Shown here: one piece after another, positions 40,420-53,480 of the stretch
Layout: every line of letters begins with the position of its first letter
How positions within the stretch are numbered: the first letter of the stretch is position 1
Assembly (NCBI GenBank): GCA_020891255.1
Contig: BQFW01000017.1
Coordinates: 31,344-95,343, forward strand
DNA from: Entomortierella parvispora E1425
Lineage: Eukaryota; Fungi; Mortierellomycota
Length of the DNA: 64,000 bases
Direction: 5' to 3'
Position numbers and translations under genes: made by a program
Notes under the pieces: generated by a model
What the model was told of the DNA's origin: nothing
Seen by the model: the letters and a program-made list of their open reading frames with translations, nothing else
The model's database searches: none

Positions 40420-40449
<30 letters not shown>
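40420..40449. repeat. (TG)15 microsatellite between the divergent RecQ and SAPS-like start codons
   Basis: Perfect run read directly. Confidence 0.95.
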
Positions 40450-40452
<3 letters not shown>

Positions 40453-40588
40453 ATGCAGAGCTGCGACAGAAGAAAGAAAGAAAACGTGACCCACGCGATT
40501 TCGAGGTCACGTTTTCTGCTCTTTTTTCCTTTTTTTTTTCTTCTTCGCATCCTCTCCTTTGATCCAGTCATCATTCCTTCCTACTCGC

Positions 40589-43500
40589 ATGGCAAAGCTC
40601 ACCACAAAGAGGGACAAGGCCCGAGGTTGGACCGCAAGCACCTTCCTACCCGACAGCTCCAGTCCGCAGCCAATGGACATCTCTTCCATTCTAGATGTCA
40701 TCAGCGAGGACTCTGTGGATGAGGACCTGCCATTGGCCAATGGCGGAGTCACCGACCGTCCCAGAACAACCAACGGAGGAAGCAACAAAGGGAGCGATAG
40801 CAGCGGAGATACAAGCAGCAGCAGTAGTAGTAGTGCTGGCGAGAGCGATGATGAACAAAGCGCGGATGCCGATCATGATGCAGAAGAGGACGAAGGCGAG
40901 CAGAGTTCTGGTCAGGATCTCACCTCGGACGAAAGTGAAGAGGACTCTTCCACAGAAAATCACGACATGGATGTTGATGAAAGAAAGTCTGGTGAGAGCT
41001 CCAAGCGCTCACTCACAGGCGCACGACTGTCACGGACGAATGGCTCCAGTGGGGGAAACTCGACCTCTGCCTTGTCAACTTCGCCCTCCAGTGCCTCCAA
41101 AGTTGTCTCGGCTACACCAACACGGAAGATTACGAAAAAATTGAAAAAGTCCGTCAAAGCAAAAGGCAGCAAGGGCGCTCTGAGCTCCGCAGCAGCAAGG
41201 CAGGCAACTGAGGACGCAAAGTTCGAAGCCGCAAAACCCATTGTCAGTCGCTTTCTGGAGCTGGAGAACACAAAACTCAACGACAAGCTGCTTCAGGTCT
41301 TTATGACGCCAGGTAGGATAGTCTTGTCTAAATGCTATGATATGATTCAATGCGTATCCATTACTAGAAAGTTGTGCATCCGTGTTCTATAATCTTCAAT
41401 AGGGGTTCTGGGTCTTGTAATCGAATATATCACTCGCTTGGATCCGGAGATTGCCAAAGAGATTGGCAGCGAAGAGGATGTGGACGCCAACCAAGAAACT
41501 CTGTTTATGAGAAGAGTTCAGCAATGCACCCGGAAGCGGGACTATTCCGATTTGAACTTGATGAAGAAGTCATACACCGCCATGAACTTTATTGTTCGAA
41601 CAGACGTCTACAACGAATTCATTCTTAGCAGTGGACACCAAACGATAGGTATTCATCCTCAAAGTAATAGTCTATAATGCTTTCCAAGAGACCACTGAGT
41701 TCGCTGACCCCCCCCCCCATTGCCTTTACTAGTCAAAGAACTCTTCAAGATCTTCCGGCCAGAATCCAACGGCAACTTTTATCACTTTCAAAAAGTCTTT
41801 GAGACTGTACTGAAAAAATTCCGATCGCACACCATGGCTACACTTTTCGAGGACACGGATCCTGACACAGGCGCCACCAAAACACCCCTTATCTTTGAAA
41901 TGCTCCCATTCTTGGATCAGTCGCCTGTCGCTCTTTCCTTTGTCAAGGTTCTCTTTCCCACATACACTTATGGCTTTGGAGACAAAATGCCGGACTATTA
42001 TCGGATCCTTCAGCAAGGGCATTTCATGGAGATGCTTTTGGCTATGATCACCTTGAAGGACGGTAAGATACTCTGACCAATCTTTACAAACTCGTCTCAG
42101 GCGCTGGAACCTGTGATACTCACTCTACGTCCATTTCACAATCCCAAATAGCGGAGTCATCTTCAAGCATGGGCGATTTTGTAGTATCGCTGCTCGACGA
42201 GGCTACTCGGGCAAAGGAGTCAAAAGTAATCTTTTCTTGCTTTGCCGATGACCCCATCTGGGCTGAGCGACTGGTGCAAGGTATCACGTCTTCAGATCCT
42301 CTGAAGAGACATAGCTGCATTGAAATCATTTACTCTTTACTGGTTCGCAGGTAAGTCACCTATTCTGAAGGCGAATGTCCATCATTTCAATGTGAGGTCC
42401 TCTGACGACATTCGATCTCCAAATCTTTGACCCATCTAGCATCCAAGTGCCTTTTCAGGACATGTTTGCGAATAGCATCTACATCACGGAAAAGTCTTAT
42501 GACAGAGTCGAATCTCATCTGGAGCCAACAGCGAATGCCTTCGCGAGGCACCTGGCTCCTCATATACCCGCTCTGTGCCAGGCATTTGTTGGATCTAACT
42601 TCACAGGCGAACAGTAAGCAGCCAAGTCAAGAAGGTGGAGGTAGAAATGACAACCATTATATTTCTAACAAGTGTCCTCTGCAATAGGGTTTCATTCTCT
42701 GGGTTTACTGTATGTCCTTCCTTTACAGTGGCCCGTCTTTGGCTGTTGGACTCCATATACCATTGCCTGAACGACGTCGAGGAAGACCCTGCCATTCTCC
42801 AGTCTATTCCCGACATTTTCTGGTCAACGCTTGTGAACAGTTTTATCCAATTTCGGTGAGTAGGCGAGTCTTGGCATCCTCTATCAGTGATAAATGAGAA
42901 AAAAAAGTACTCATCCGCCTTAATTCTAGGTTCAACAATGCATATCATGTCCTATTTTACAAGATGTTCAGAGTCGTACTGTATTCCCAACAGGCGGACG
43001 TATATGATCGATTCTTCATCAAGACTCACCTCATAAGCCGCTTTATCGAGCATTTCAAGGCTGCAGGACAGCCTACAGGTTCTCGAGGCTACATTATCCT
43101 GGCGCTCAATTGCATTCGACTTTCGGCTGACGTGGAAGCACAACGATCCAAAAATGGATCAAATCCCCCAAAGAATGATGATTCATCCTTGATTTCACCC
43201 ACTTACTGGGCGGACATTTTACGGCAAAATCCGGACTGGGCTGACTTCAAGACCACGTTGCGGGAAGTGACACTGGAGCAAACTCGAGATACTCTCTGTG
43301 ATATGGACCCCAATCTTCGGTTCCAGTTTGCACCCTTGCAATCGAGACAGCCAAGCGAGGCGCCTTTAACAAAGAGACATTTCGGTATTCCTGGTGTCTC
43401 TGTTCGAGGAAACGACGGCATCGACCTTGGCTCTCAATGTAAGATGGACACCAATGACTTTTACTCGTAATCCTTCTGATCGCCGGCACTGAACTTGTAA

Positions 43501-43875
43501 TATCCCCTTAACTTACTAGATGGCAATTCGCTTGGATTTGGGGTGCCAATGGAGTATGACCCAGCTCAGGAGGAGAGGATCAAGGCCGAAGCAGAACGGA
43601 AACAGGAGCTTGAAGTTGAAAAGGCCTTAGCCAACATGATGCCCACCATGGACTGGAGACTGATTCCCCCACAACGTGTGATCGACGCGATGCGTGAAAT
43701 GAACCAACCCCCCTCCACAGGCGAGTCGAACTCTGGAACTGAAGAATCCGATGGAGCCTCAACAGATGACTCTGAATCCACCGGAACTGCTTCTAAAGCT
43801 GCGAACTCCACTTCCAGCCAAAGCCGGAAACGTAGAAAAAAGAAGAAAAAAAAAAGTAAAGGCAGTGCCGCCTAG
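40589..43875 (+). CDS. Helical-repeat protein, probably a divergent SAPS/PP6R (SIT4-associated) family member
   Basis: Multi-exon gene with canonical donors and an acidic N-terminus. FRFNNAYHVLFY and GSRGYIILALNCI loosely match SAPS 'WNNFLH' and 'GYMGHLTLIAN' motifs. Family assignment is tentative. Confidence 0.55.
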
Positions 43876-44071
43876 ATCCTGTTGAGTAGGATTATGAATC
43901 AAATTACTCGTTTGCAAAACAATGCGGTCGAGCTGACAAGTGGATGCCAAGTGTAACATGTTGTGATTTGCAAATGCCAAGAGGAGTATGTCACAGTGAA
44001 AAATGGTATTGTACATGATGTCTATTGAAAATATGGGTCCCGTGTGGTAGCGGTTTGCATCAGATCGACTA

Positions 44072-46221
44072 TTAAAACTCAAACTCGTTCCTGAATTGGT
44101 TGATGTCAGCGCCTGCAACAGCACGTTCCGAGAGATCGTTGCGGCCCATCATCATGAATGTTCGACGGAGAGTTTCCCACAGGTTTCCACTGACGTTCAC
44201 AGAGGTTCCATCGCTATCGGACTGATGCATGCTCAAGGCCCCAAGAAGATGCTCTGCTGCCTCCTTGTGGCATCCAATGTTGATACAGGCTACGCCGAGG
44301 TTGTATCGCGCGCGGACAAATGATGGCTTGATCTCCATTGCCTTGTGATAGGCCTCAATCGCATCCTCACTACGACCACTGTTGGCCAGCGTGGCGCCTA
44401 ATCGATTCCAAAGGAGATAGTCGCCTGGACGAACTTTGAGACCAGCCACAAAGCAGTCCACGGCCTTTTCGTACTCGCCACTGCCATAGAAGAGGACGCC
44501 CAAACCAACCTGGAGGTCAGCATCCATGCTGGCGCCTTCAGGTGCGCTGCGGACAGCCTGGAGATAGAGATCGGTGACGCGACCGTGAGTCTCCCAAGAG
44601 CTGATGGAAGAAGTTGGGGGACCATTCGCTGCAGCAATTTCTGGGTATTTTGTGGATAACCAACGCTCTAGAGTCAGGTACGCCTGATGATCATATCCTT
44701 CGTTGGTGTAACTGACGGCAAGGTTCTACAGGAAGCAAAAAAAAAAAAAAAAAAAAAAAAATGAACATCGTAAACTAATGAAGAGCTACAATGGACATCT
44801 TTACCGGTGATGGCTCAAAAGCATACCATGAACGCATCCAAGTTGTTGGGGTCAACCTGGACGGCCTTTTCCAAAGCTCGTATAGCGGGTTCCTCCTTTT
44901 CGTTTTGAGCTTGAGCGTTTCCAAGCATCATCCACGCCCGACTGTTGTTCTCATCCTGCTGTACTGCTGCTTCAAACGCCAAGGCGGCTTCGGAGAGGCT
45001 TCCGCCCTGCTCTGTGAGTCGCATCCCTTCAGCCATGGGATCAGGATGGGTCAGATAGGGGTTACTGGGTTCGAATGTGTATGGTCCCAACTGGGGTGCA
45101 GCCACAGCGTTGAGATCTGAGAACTCTGTCTCCCAGCTCGAAGGATCATCCAAAATGTTTTGCACATCCTCCGAGTCTGTAAGGTTGTCCTTGAGAGTAT
45201 TCCAGAGGTCCTCCAGTTGCTCGTGCTCATCAAAGTTGATGGGTTTGGCTGACGAAGATTCTCCATCGCGCTGTGCTGCCTCGAACTGCGCTTCCCACGT
45301 TGCATTGTTTGCATCCATTGCTCGGCCCTTGCCCTTGCCCTCGACCAAGGCAAACTCATTGGCCCAGTCAAAGTTCTTTTGAAAGGCGGCTTCAAACTCG
45401 GCAGGCATGTCGCCAACAACGTGCTCGTGCTGCATGAATTCCTCGCGCCACTCTACTCAATTCAATAAAGTAGAACATTGTTGGTTAAGTGCGCTTTCAA
45501 GATTGGAATATGTCGGGAGAGGCAAAAAAAAAGAAGCTTACCATGAGGCTGTGGTTGCTGGTATGCAGCGGAAAATGCAGCCTCCTCTTCGGGACTCAGC
45601 TCAAAGAGTCGAGCGCCGCCCTGTCTTTGATGGAACTCCTGCGACCAGTCTCCACCTGGAGGGGGGATAAAAAGTTAGTGGATCAGAGAAACAGAAGCAG
45701 GATTCCCGCCATATGCGTTTTCCTTTGTTTTTCTGCCACATTCACATACCAGGAGCATTCTCAAAGCCTGGGGGATGATGGATCGCTGAAAGCTCCTGGT
45801 GCATATCATTGAATCGGAAAGCGCCTGGATCGCCTTGTTGCTTTTGTTGCTCAAAGAACTCGTTCAAAAGCTAGGAAGTCAAGAGATGGCATTGTCAGCA
45901 AGAGGTGCCTCCTGAACGCATTTAGTCTCTTCGTCATAATGAAGCAGTACCTGCTGATCATCAGCACCCATTCCTTGGCGGGCGGTTCTCATGGATGGGC
46001 CAGCTACTGAGGGTGCATTGTTGAATCGCTCCTGTTTACAAAGAAGAGCAAAAGTTAGTCCGCTGGTGCAAAGAGGATTGGTTTCATCCTTGGAGAGCAC
46101 AGGCAGTTGTGCAAGTTACCCGCTGCAGGGAAGGATCCTCGTTGAAGTGCTTTGTGAACTGGCGCAAGGCGTTGCCGCTGGTGGAGCACTCTGCTCCGGA
46201 GACCATGCTCTGGAAGGCCAT
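44072..46221 (-). CDS. PEX5: Peroxisomal targeting signal 1 receptor PEX5
   Basis: N-terminal Cys (SGAECSTSGN), WxxxF motifs (WREEF, WANEF, WEAQF, WETEF), TPR region with YLLWNRLGATLANSGRSEDAIEAY and FVRARYNLGVACINIG. Confidence 0.96.
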
Positions 46222-46329
46222 TGTGCTGGGTCTGGAAATGCGTGATGGGGGGTAGGAGACAGAGGGAGAGAGGAGAAATACGTAGAACGGAGTGGCAGGG
46301 AAGAGATGAGATGAGATGGATGGAGTGGA

Positions 46330-47059
46330 TGAAAGAAGGAAAGGAAAGGAAAGGAAAGGAAAGGAAGAGAAGGTAGCGTGAGAGGAAGGAAGGAAGGAAG
46401 GAAGGAAGGAAGGAAGGATGCCCAAGGGGACGGACAAAGTGACACGGGCAAAAAGCAAGCCGAAGGGGAACGGTGGCCCTTCATTGGTCGACACACATTC
46501 GTCCCGATCGCCGCGGTGGGTCGTCGAACAACGACTTGTGGGGCTGTTTCTCTCTCTTCTCTCTGTTGCTGCAACGCACCAAGCAGGGTGCAGCAGGGTG
46601 TGTATGCTCCTAGCTAGCCATGAAGATCTCTTTCTTTCATTCTCTCTGTCATATCTTCATCCCTCTGTTGGTGGCAACGTGGGTCGTCTGGATGCATGCA
46701 GACAGACGCGTCCGTGACATGACGACACACACACATACTTGCACACATACATACACACATACACGCATACACACAGATGCCATCCACACTGGCACTGGCA
46801 ACGGCAGCACCTGGTCATCCAGCCAAACAACCAGCCAGCCATCCAGCCATCCAGCCATCCAGCCAGCCCTCCAGCCAACAGGCGCAGATGATGTTCCCTC
46901 CGACCCCTATTCCGCGACCCGCCCCCTCCGTGATGTGCCAGCCAGACAAAGAAGGAAAGGAAGGAAGGACGAGCGAGTGATCGTGATTGTGCACATGCGG
47001 ACAGCACAGGTCAGGGACGGACAGTGTGACAAGAAGGGGTGTTCTTTTGTGTGTGTGTA

Positions 47060-47096
<37 letters not shown>

Positions 47097-47135
47097 GTGT
47101 AGGTGTGCATGTGTGCATGTGTATGTGCGTGCGTG
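46330..47135. repeat. Microsatellite cluster ((GGAAA)n, (GGAA)n, (CCAG/CCAT)n, (GTATGT/GT)n) in the PEX5/IVY1-like divergent intergenic region
   Basis: Several short tandem runs read directly. Confidence 0.8.
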
Positions 47136-47350
47136 CGTGCCTGGACCGACCCAACCGCCTCTCTTTTCCGCCCTTCAGTCTCTTCCTACTCTTCCTACCC
47201 TTCATCTTCACCCCTTCACTCCTCTTCACCTCCATCTTCTCACCTCTCTATCCCTCTACCCGTTTGCTCGTCTGCTCCACCCTTCTTCCCTTCTTCCCTT
47301 CTATCCTCTTTCCCTTCTCTTTTCATTTCACTTTCTGGACCCCTTCAAAA

Positions 47351-49179
47351 ATGCTCAAGAAAAAGAGATTTTCTGGCCTCTTTGGCTCGTCCATGACCGA
47401 TATCCCCTCGCCTGGACAGGACCAAGCCTCGTTCGTATCAAACTCCTCTCCTTCGTCAGTCTCGGGCTCGCTCGCGCCTGCTCAAACATACTCTCCACAA
47501 ACGCTCGCAGCCCAAGGACGGCAGCAGAGTTTTGGTCTACTCTCCTCCACGATCAACCCCTCTGGCTCAGGAATCAACGGCAGCTTTGCGAACACATCCT
47601 TGGCCAATACAGATGATGAGGCCTCAAGCCTGACTCGGGCAGAAGTTCACCAATCCCTTGACAACCTCAAAAAGCTGGTCATCGCTGCAGAATCGTACCG
47701 GGAACTCACCACAAAGCTGGCAAAGACAACCAAGCAGCTGAGTCGATGTCTCAAGGATTTTGGCGAAAGCAAGGGCATGGATACGACCTATGGTAAGTAT
47801 GGACGGTGTTGTGTCGTGATGTCGTGATGATGGTGACTCTCTCCAGCCAGAGAAGCAACCCCAAAAGAGAACGGACAAGCTTTACAGCCTTTGGTTGCTT
47901 CCCCCCTATTATTTCTCGACCCTGGCCTCGTGCTCCCCTATTACGACAACATGAAGGCTGTTTATTTTTCCAAGGAACAGATAAAGTCCTTTCTCCTGAT
48001 GCAGACATCTTGAACGATAACTGACGAAAAAGGTCTGTTTTTATTCAAGTCATGTGTCTTAGATCCTCCGCCAACTTTTACGAGTCTTATTCTGAGATGG
48101 AGACTAAACTGGTACGCGAACAACCATCAGGAAGTGAGAATCGGTATAGTACATGTGGTCATAAAGACTACTTATATATCCCTTGTCATTTGGAAACTGT
48201 CTAGGCGTCTTGTCTCCAAAAAGACTTTGAGCTACTCCAGGGCAACTGGGAGAAGCATTCGAAGCGAGTAACGGTGAGTGAAAAAGGGTTCGTATGTTTG
48301 GTCTGTCTGGCTAGAGTTGTTTTGCTGATACAATTGTTTGTTCGCGTTTCATGACATAGAAAGATGAAAGAGCCCACGATGAAATCCTAGGGGATCTTGA
48401 CGACAGGATTAAAAAGATGAGCCAAGGTTATGACAAAAAGAGCAAGAAGCCGGACCCCAACACTGCACTAATGTCACACGAGGTAGGCAGCATGGCTCTT
48501 GCAACATCGCATTAGAGACCACCGCATTGTCCTTACCTTCTGAGCAATGATGTTTTACTGTCGACCCTAGAAATACATATCGACCCTTTCAGAGCTGCAG
48601 GAATCTATCGCAGTAGCCAAGCGAGACCATCGAAACACTGTTGCCCGCAGAGAACGATACACTCACTCCCTAACTGCACAGGTGGCATGTCGGCTGGCAG
48701 AGGCCCAATTCTTGGCGATTGAGAGGCAGCTCCGAGGATCAGGACCGAGTCTATTGAAGATTAAGGAGTGGGCGCCTTATGCGGGGCAGGACATGCTACC
48801 TCCGACACTTGCAACAGACGGTGAGCCAACCATCATTGTCCGAGGAGGAACTTTTGAGGAGTATATCGCGCGCCATTCAGCCGCCACTCAGCCTGTTGTC
48901 TCTGGAGTAAGTTCTTTTTTGGTCAACAGGGAGGAAGACCGATCTCATCCGAAGGATACAATCCTGACTCTGTCTTTTTTTTTTTTTTTTTTGCGATACC
49001 AGACCCAGCGGACGGAGGCTAATTCGACGCCATCTGCCGATACGACTGGAAATGTTTTTACCCTAACAGAGATGCCACAAGTGACCCTCCCGCCTTTCGC
49101 CCCAATGCAGCAAATAAGGCAGCAACAACAGCAACAGCAGCAACAACAGCAACAGCAGCAACAACAGCAACAGCAGCAA

Positions 49180-49214
<35 letters not shown>

Positions 49215-49242
49215 ACAACAGCAGCAGCAGCAGCAACAGCAA

Positions 49243-49274
<32 letters not shown>

Positions 49275-51005
49275 GCAAAAGCAGCAATCACAATTACAAC
49301 CGCCTACATCGCCCATGACCATGCCAATGCCAATGCCAATCCCAATGCCCACTCCTATGCCAACCCCTGCCCCCGCATCAGTTCTACCGACAGCAATGCC
49401 CGAGCCCAAAAACTACATCCCAACTACCAAGCACACAACCATCTCTACCCCTCAAGCCAGCACTCCTCTGCCAACCCGACTAGATAACGTTATATTTCAG
49501 CCGGGAAGGACGGAAATCGTCAAAACAGAACCAAGGGTACTCGTCAAGGAGACAAAGACGGTTATTGCGGCGCCAATCATTGCCACGGACTTGGGCATTA
49601 AGGTGGAAAAGGATCCTGCACCAAAGGTCCAAACCACTGTCGTACCGTCAACCATCAAGTCGGTGATCACAACATCCCCACCCACCACCCCCGGAGCTTT
49701 TCCTGCATTAGAGGTCCTCGCCACACGAGACTCTGTTGCCGCAGTGGCTGAGACGGAGTTGGGGAGGCGGATCGGAGCGACGCGCACCGAGGTATTTGAA
49801 GATCAAGGATCTGTAAGCACAAAAGTTGGCAGTGCTGATGAAGGATCTAACCAAGGGGACCTTCTTCACACTAAAACGGATTTGTTGCGCAAAAAAGAAG
49901 GCCAGGTATTGACCTCCGCAGATGATGCACTGGACGCCGCAACTCTGGACCGTTACCACCGAGAGCAACAGCAGGAGCGATATCGATATCAAGAGGAGGA
50001 TTCAATGGTCTATGAGGAGAGAAGACAAGACGCCAGGAACGACTTTTCAGTACGCAGGAGGGACGATATGTATGACGATATATATTCTCCGGTCTCTGAT
50101 GAACACCCCTATTACGATGATGAGGACGATCGTGACCCACTTGAACCAAGGATGTATCTTGACGATGATGACTCTGAACACTCAGGATCAGTGTCTATCA
50201 GAGCCGGGCGAGAGTACTATGCTGGAGCGCGGTATGAGGAGAGGGATTACAATCGCTCATATCAACCTTATTCTTCGTCTGTCCCTACACGCATCAACCG
50301 TCACGAGGAGCAGCCGCAGGGTTTTCAGCGAGAGCGAGAGATGGATCGTGTAGAATGGTCAGATTCTGCTTCGATGGTCAGAAATAATGATATGAACTTT
50401 ACCCGCGAACAGTACCCAACATCACGAGGATTCTCTGCCAGACCAACTTTGGATGACAGAGAACGTGAGCTGGAATTGAGGAATCAAAAGGTCGCCGTCT
50501 CGGCTTTATCCGCAGCTCGTCCGAACTATGGCCGCCGTCCAGAGACAGCGTCTGGAACAGTAGCGCACTTGCGTCGTCGCTTCTCAGATCAGAGTGTTTC
50601 CGAGGTGTCTTTGCAGTCAACGGGAGTGGTATGGCCCAAATGGATGGATGTTCATTTAGCTCCAATGCATTTTGGGAGCAGCGTCTAATCTCTAACATTT
50701 TTTTTTCACATTAGCCACAAACAGGCTCGCGTCCACGCGGGACAAGCGGCAGTGGACAAGGGCTGCAGCAATATCATCAGCAACATGAATCTGCTCGTCG
50801 AGACCCACGATTCCCGCCTAGAGCATCTACCCCTCAGAGTCGATTAGTCACAGCATCGACAGGTTCACGCCATGACCTGAGTGCTGGAAAGGGCATTACG
50901 CCCACACCCAATGGCACCGGAAGGACGCAGATGCGTTATGGTCGCGTTATGTCGGACCACGAAGACAACTCCCCCAGTAGACAGTCTATTGGTACCCGAA
51001 GGTGA
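47351..51005 (+). CDS. I-BAR/IMD domain protein (Ivy1-like) with polyQ tract and long disordered tail
   Basis: Helical region LTRAEVHQSLDNLKKLVIAAESYRELTTKLAKTTKQLSRCLKDFGESKG..DFELLQGNWEKHSKRV..YISTLSELQESI..CRLAEAQFLA over several exons. The last intron starts GTG|GTATGG and the stop TGA is at 51003-51005. Confidence 0.72.
49120..49278 (+). repeat. Coding CAG/CAA repeat encoding 53 consecutive Gln
   Basis: 159 nt of CAG/CAA codons in frame. Confidence 0.95.
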
Positions 51006-52152
51006 TAGAGGAATATCATAGAAAAGTAATACGGGTTCATAAACAAGAGAAGGATCCTCATACCTCGAGATACGGATTCGCACCATGCGAGTAATATTTC
51101 TCCTTGGACGCTCACCATTATCTGCAGCGTCATCGACGTCCCCACCCCCCTTTTTTGTCATTTTTTTTCGTTTTTTTGTCCTTGGAAATGCAAGCCCATC
51201 TATCGTCTTGGCGATGGTTTCTCGGAGCCACAGTCAAAGAATATAGTGCAGAGTCTTCCGCGTTTTTAGATTTATTCTTCTCACTACCTTTGGAAAGAGA
51301 GATCTTGATCTCACTCCTGACTGACCAGTAATAAACATACTATTCCAGGCCATTTCTTTCACGCTCTCTCGGCAGAAATCCACCATCTGTAGTCAGTGGA
51401 GTGCCAAACAAACAACAACCACCATAGAATGCATGAAGACAGCTACACTCTCTATTATATAAAAAAAAGCGCTCGCGTCGAGGGATGTCATAGTGGTGTG
51501 GGTGGACAAAGCGAGGATGTTCGCTTCATTTTCGCATTGTCGCAGTGGGTGACCTCTCTCGAAAGCAAGGAGGGGCCATTAACATTCTCATACATCGCTT
51601 TCTCTTTTGTCCATCTTGTTTGCTCTCGTCCTTGGAACCAACTTGCACTAACTCGTCTCTTGCCCTCTTGTTGTTTTCCCTCTCTGGTCCAGAGCCACAA
51701 ATCAAACCATCGCTCGCAAGCACAACTTGGATGCACGGAGACAAAAAAAACCCCCCGCTCCCCCCCGTTGTCCACCCAACTCCTCGGATCCGGAGATGAT
51801 TTGTGCAATCGTATCCTAGATGACCATCGTTTACATTTATAGTTCCCCAGTGAGGTATCGTTTTTGGCTACACCACGATGATATCTTTATTAAAGAAACA
51901 ATACAACAATGGTGCTCTGGAAAGACCCAAGTTCATAGAGTCGATAGAAGGGTTCAGATGAGATGCCTATCATATTCACAGTGCTTCTTTTGTCGCCTAC
52001 AGTTCAGTTTGCCAGCGTCTCTCTGCAATACATTGAACAAGACTGCACGCGGAATTTGAATTACCACTTTCTAGCAGTTTGCGGCTAACTAGTTTTCTTC
52101 AAATGACCAGAGGTGCAGTTGAGTACATAGAAATGGTCACCAAGAAGGCGCG

Positions 52153-52878
52153 TTATTCCGACATCATTCTCCATGCCACCGTTCGGTTCCTATTTGAGAT
52201 AAGAGGGGAGAAACTTCGAGCAAGGCTGGCAAGACATTCCTCGGCATCTTTACTGGAAGAGATGTCCAATCTGTCGTTCCCGTTGAAGAGTTGCCGCAGC
52301 TTACGACAGGCCTTGGCTCCAGGTCCAAGATCCTTCGGGCTCGGGTTTTCAACATCACTCAAGTGCAAAATAATTCCTTGACTCTGCTCCTTCGATCGAC
52401 ACCAAAGTTGATAAAAGACTTTTGAATATAGTATTCCCCAAAGCCAAAGCGTGAAAACGGTAAGAGGTAATTGGGTAATAGATGCGCATCCCTCCAAGGC
52501 ACCTCTGCGAGTGGTGTACGTGGAGCGGTGGCCGAAGTGGCTTCTTAGCTGAGCCAACCCCAACACACTGCCTTCAAGAGACCAGCCAACTCTTTCCTTT
52601 GACAGGAAAATCCTACTAGAATTGTTGATTGGAAACTCGCCACATCTAGAAGGACCAACTTCAACGGTGTTCTCGGACTCCAAGGCTGTAACAGGGCAGG
52701 ACAGATGGCAGGACGGTTGGCAAAGAGAAAGGACAGATGGACTCTTTGTCGTCTCTTCTCTGCCGTGGCTCGTCTCTTTCTCTTTCGTTTTCCCTTTTGT
52801 CTTCTTGCAATTGTCCGCTCTCTGTTGCATCGCTCTTTCGAATTCAACTCGTTCCTTGTCGGTCGGGTCAGGATCCAC
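52153..52878 (-). pseudogene. Decayed or unknown subtelomeric ORF fragment
   Basis: The 3' part reads as plausible protein (GILYSKVFYQLWCRSKEQSQGIILHL) and continues in another frame past a stop. No recognisable family. Confidence 0.25.
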
Positions 52879-53098
52879 TCGCTTGTTGCATTTACTTGTT
52901 TACTTGCGTCCAACTCGTTACTCTTGCATCCATCTTGTTCCTTGCCTCTATTTCCCTTTGTTATTAATCTTCTTGCTCTCCTCTCGTGCATCCTTCTCGT
53001 CTCTTGCATCTTGCATCGCTCTTCTCTCTTGCATCCCTCCTCTTTCATATCTCACTCTTCTCCCTCATCTGTCTCGCCTCGTGCTCCTCCTCTCTTGA

Positions 53099-53480
53099 AT
53101 CCAATTCGTCTCTTGCAGCAGGTCTTTTGTGCCCCTGCCTTGTATTTGCTCTCTTCTTCCTTTCGCATTCTCATTTTCCTTCCTTTCGCGTTCTCCTTCC
53201 TTTCTTGCGCGATGCTCCCTGCTCCTCCCTTTGTTGTCAACCACAACTTCTTTTACATCTAATCACACAGAGAACACCCATTCAAACTAGTCATGAATCA
53301 AAGTGTATGTGTGATGCATACAAGAAACGTGGCCATTATTCCAGGCATGCACGGGTGAGTCATCACAACCATCAGCTAGATTTCCCTGCTCCTCCGGCAG
53401 AACGTGCTCAAGGACAAAGGCGCCGCAATCTTGTCTGGTCTGAGCGTCCTCGTCTCTGCCATCTTGTTTCTAGTCTTTTG
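53099..53480. repeat. Subtelomeric duplicated module, copy 1
   Basis: Collinear similarity to 57481-57920, with a 48-nt core (53227-53274) identical at 46/48 positions. Confidence 0.85.
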
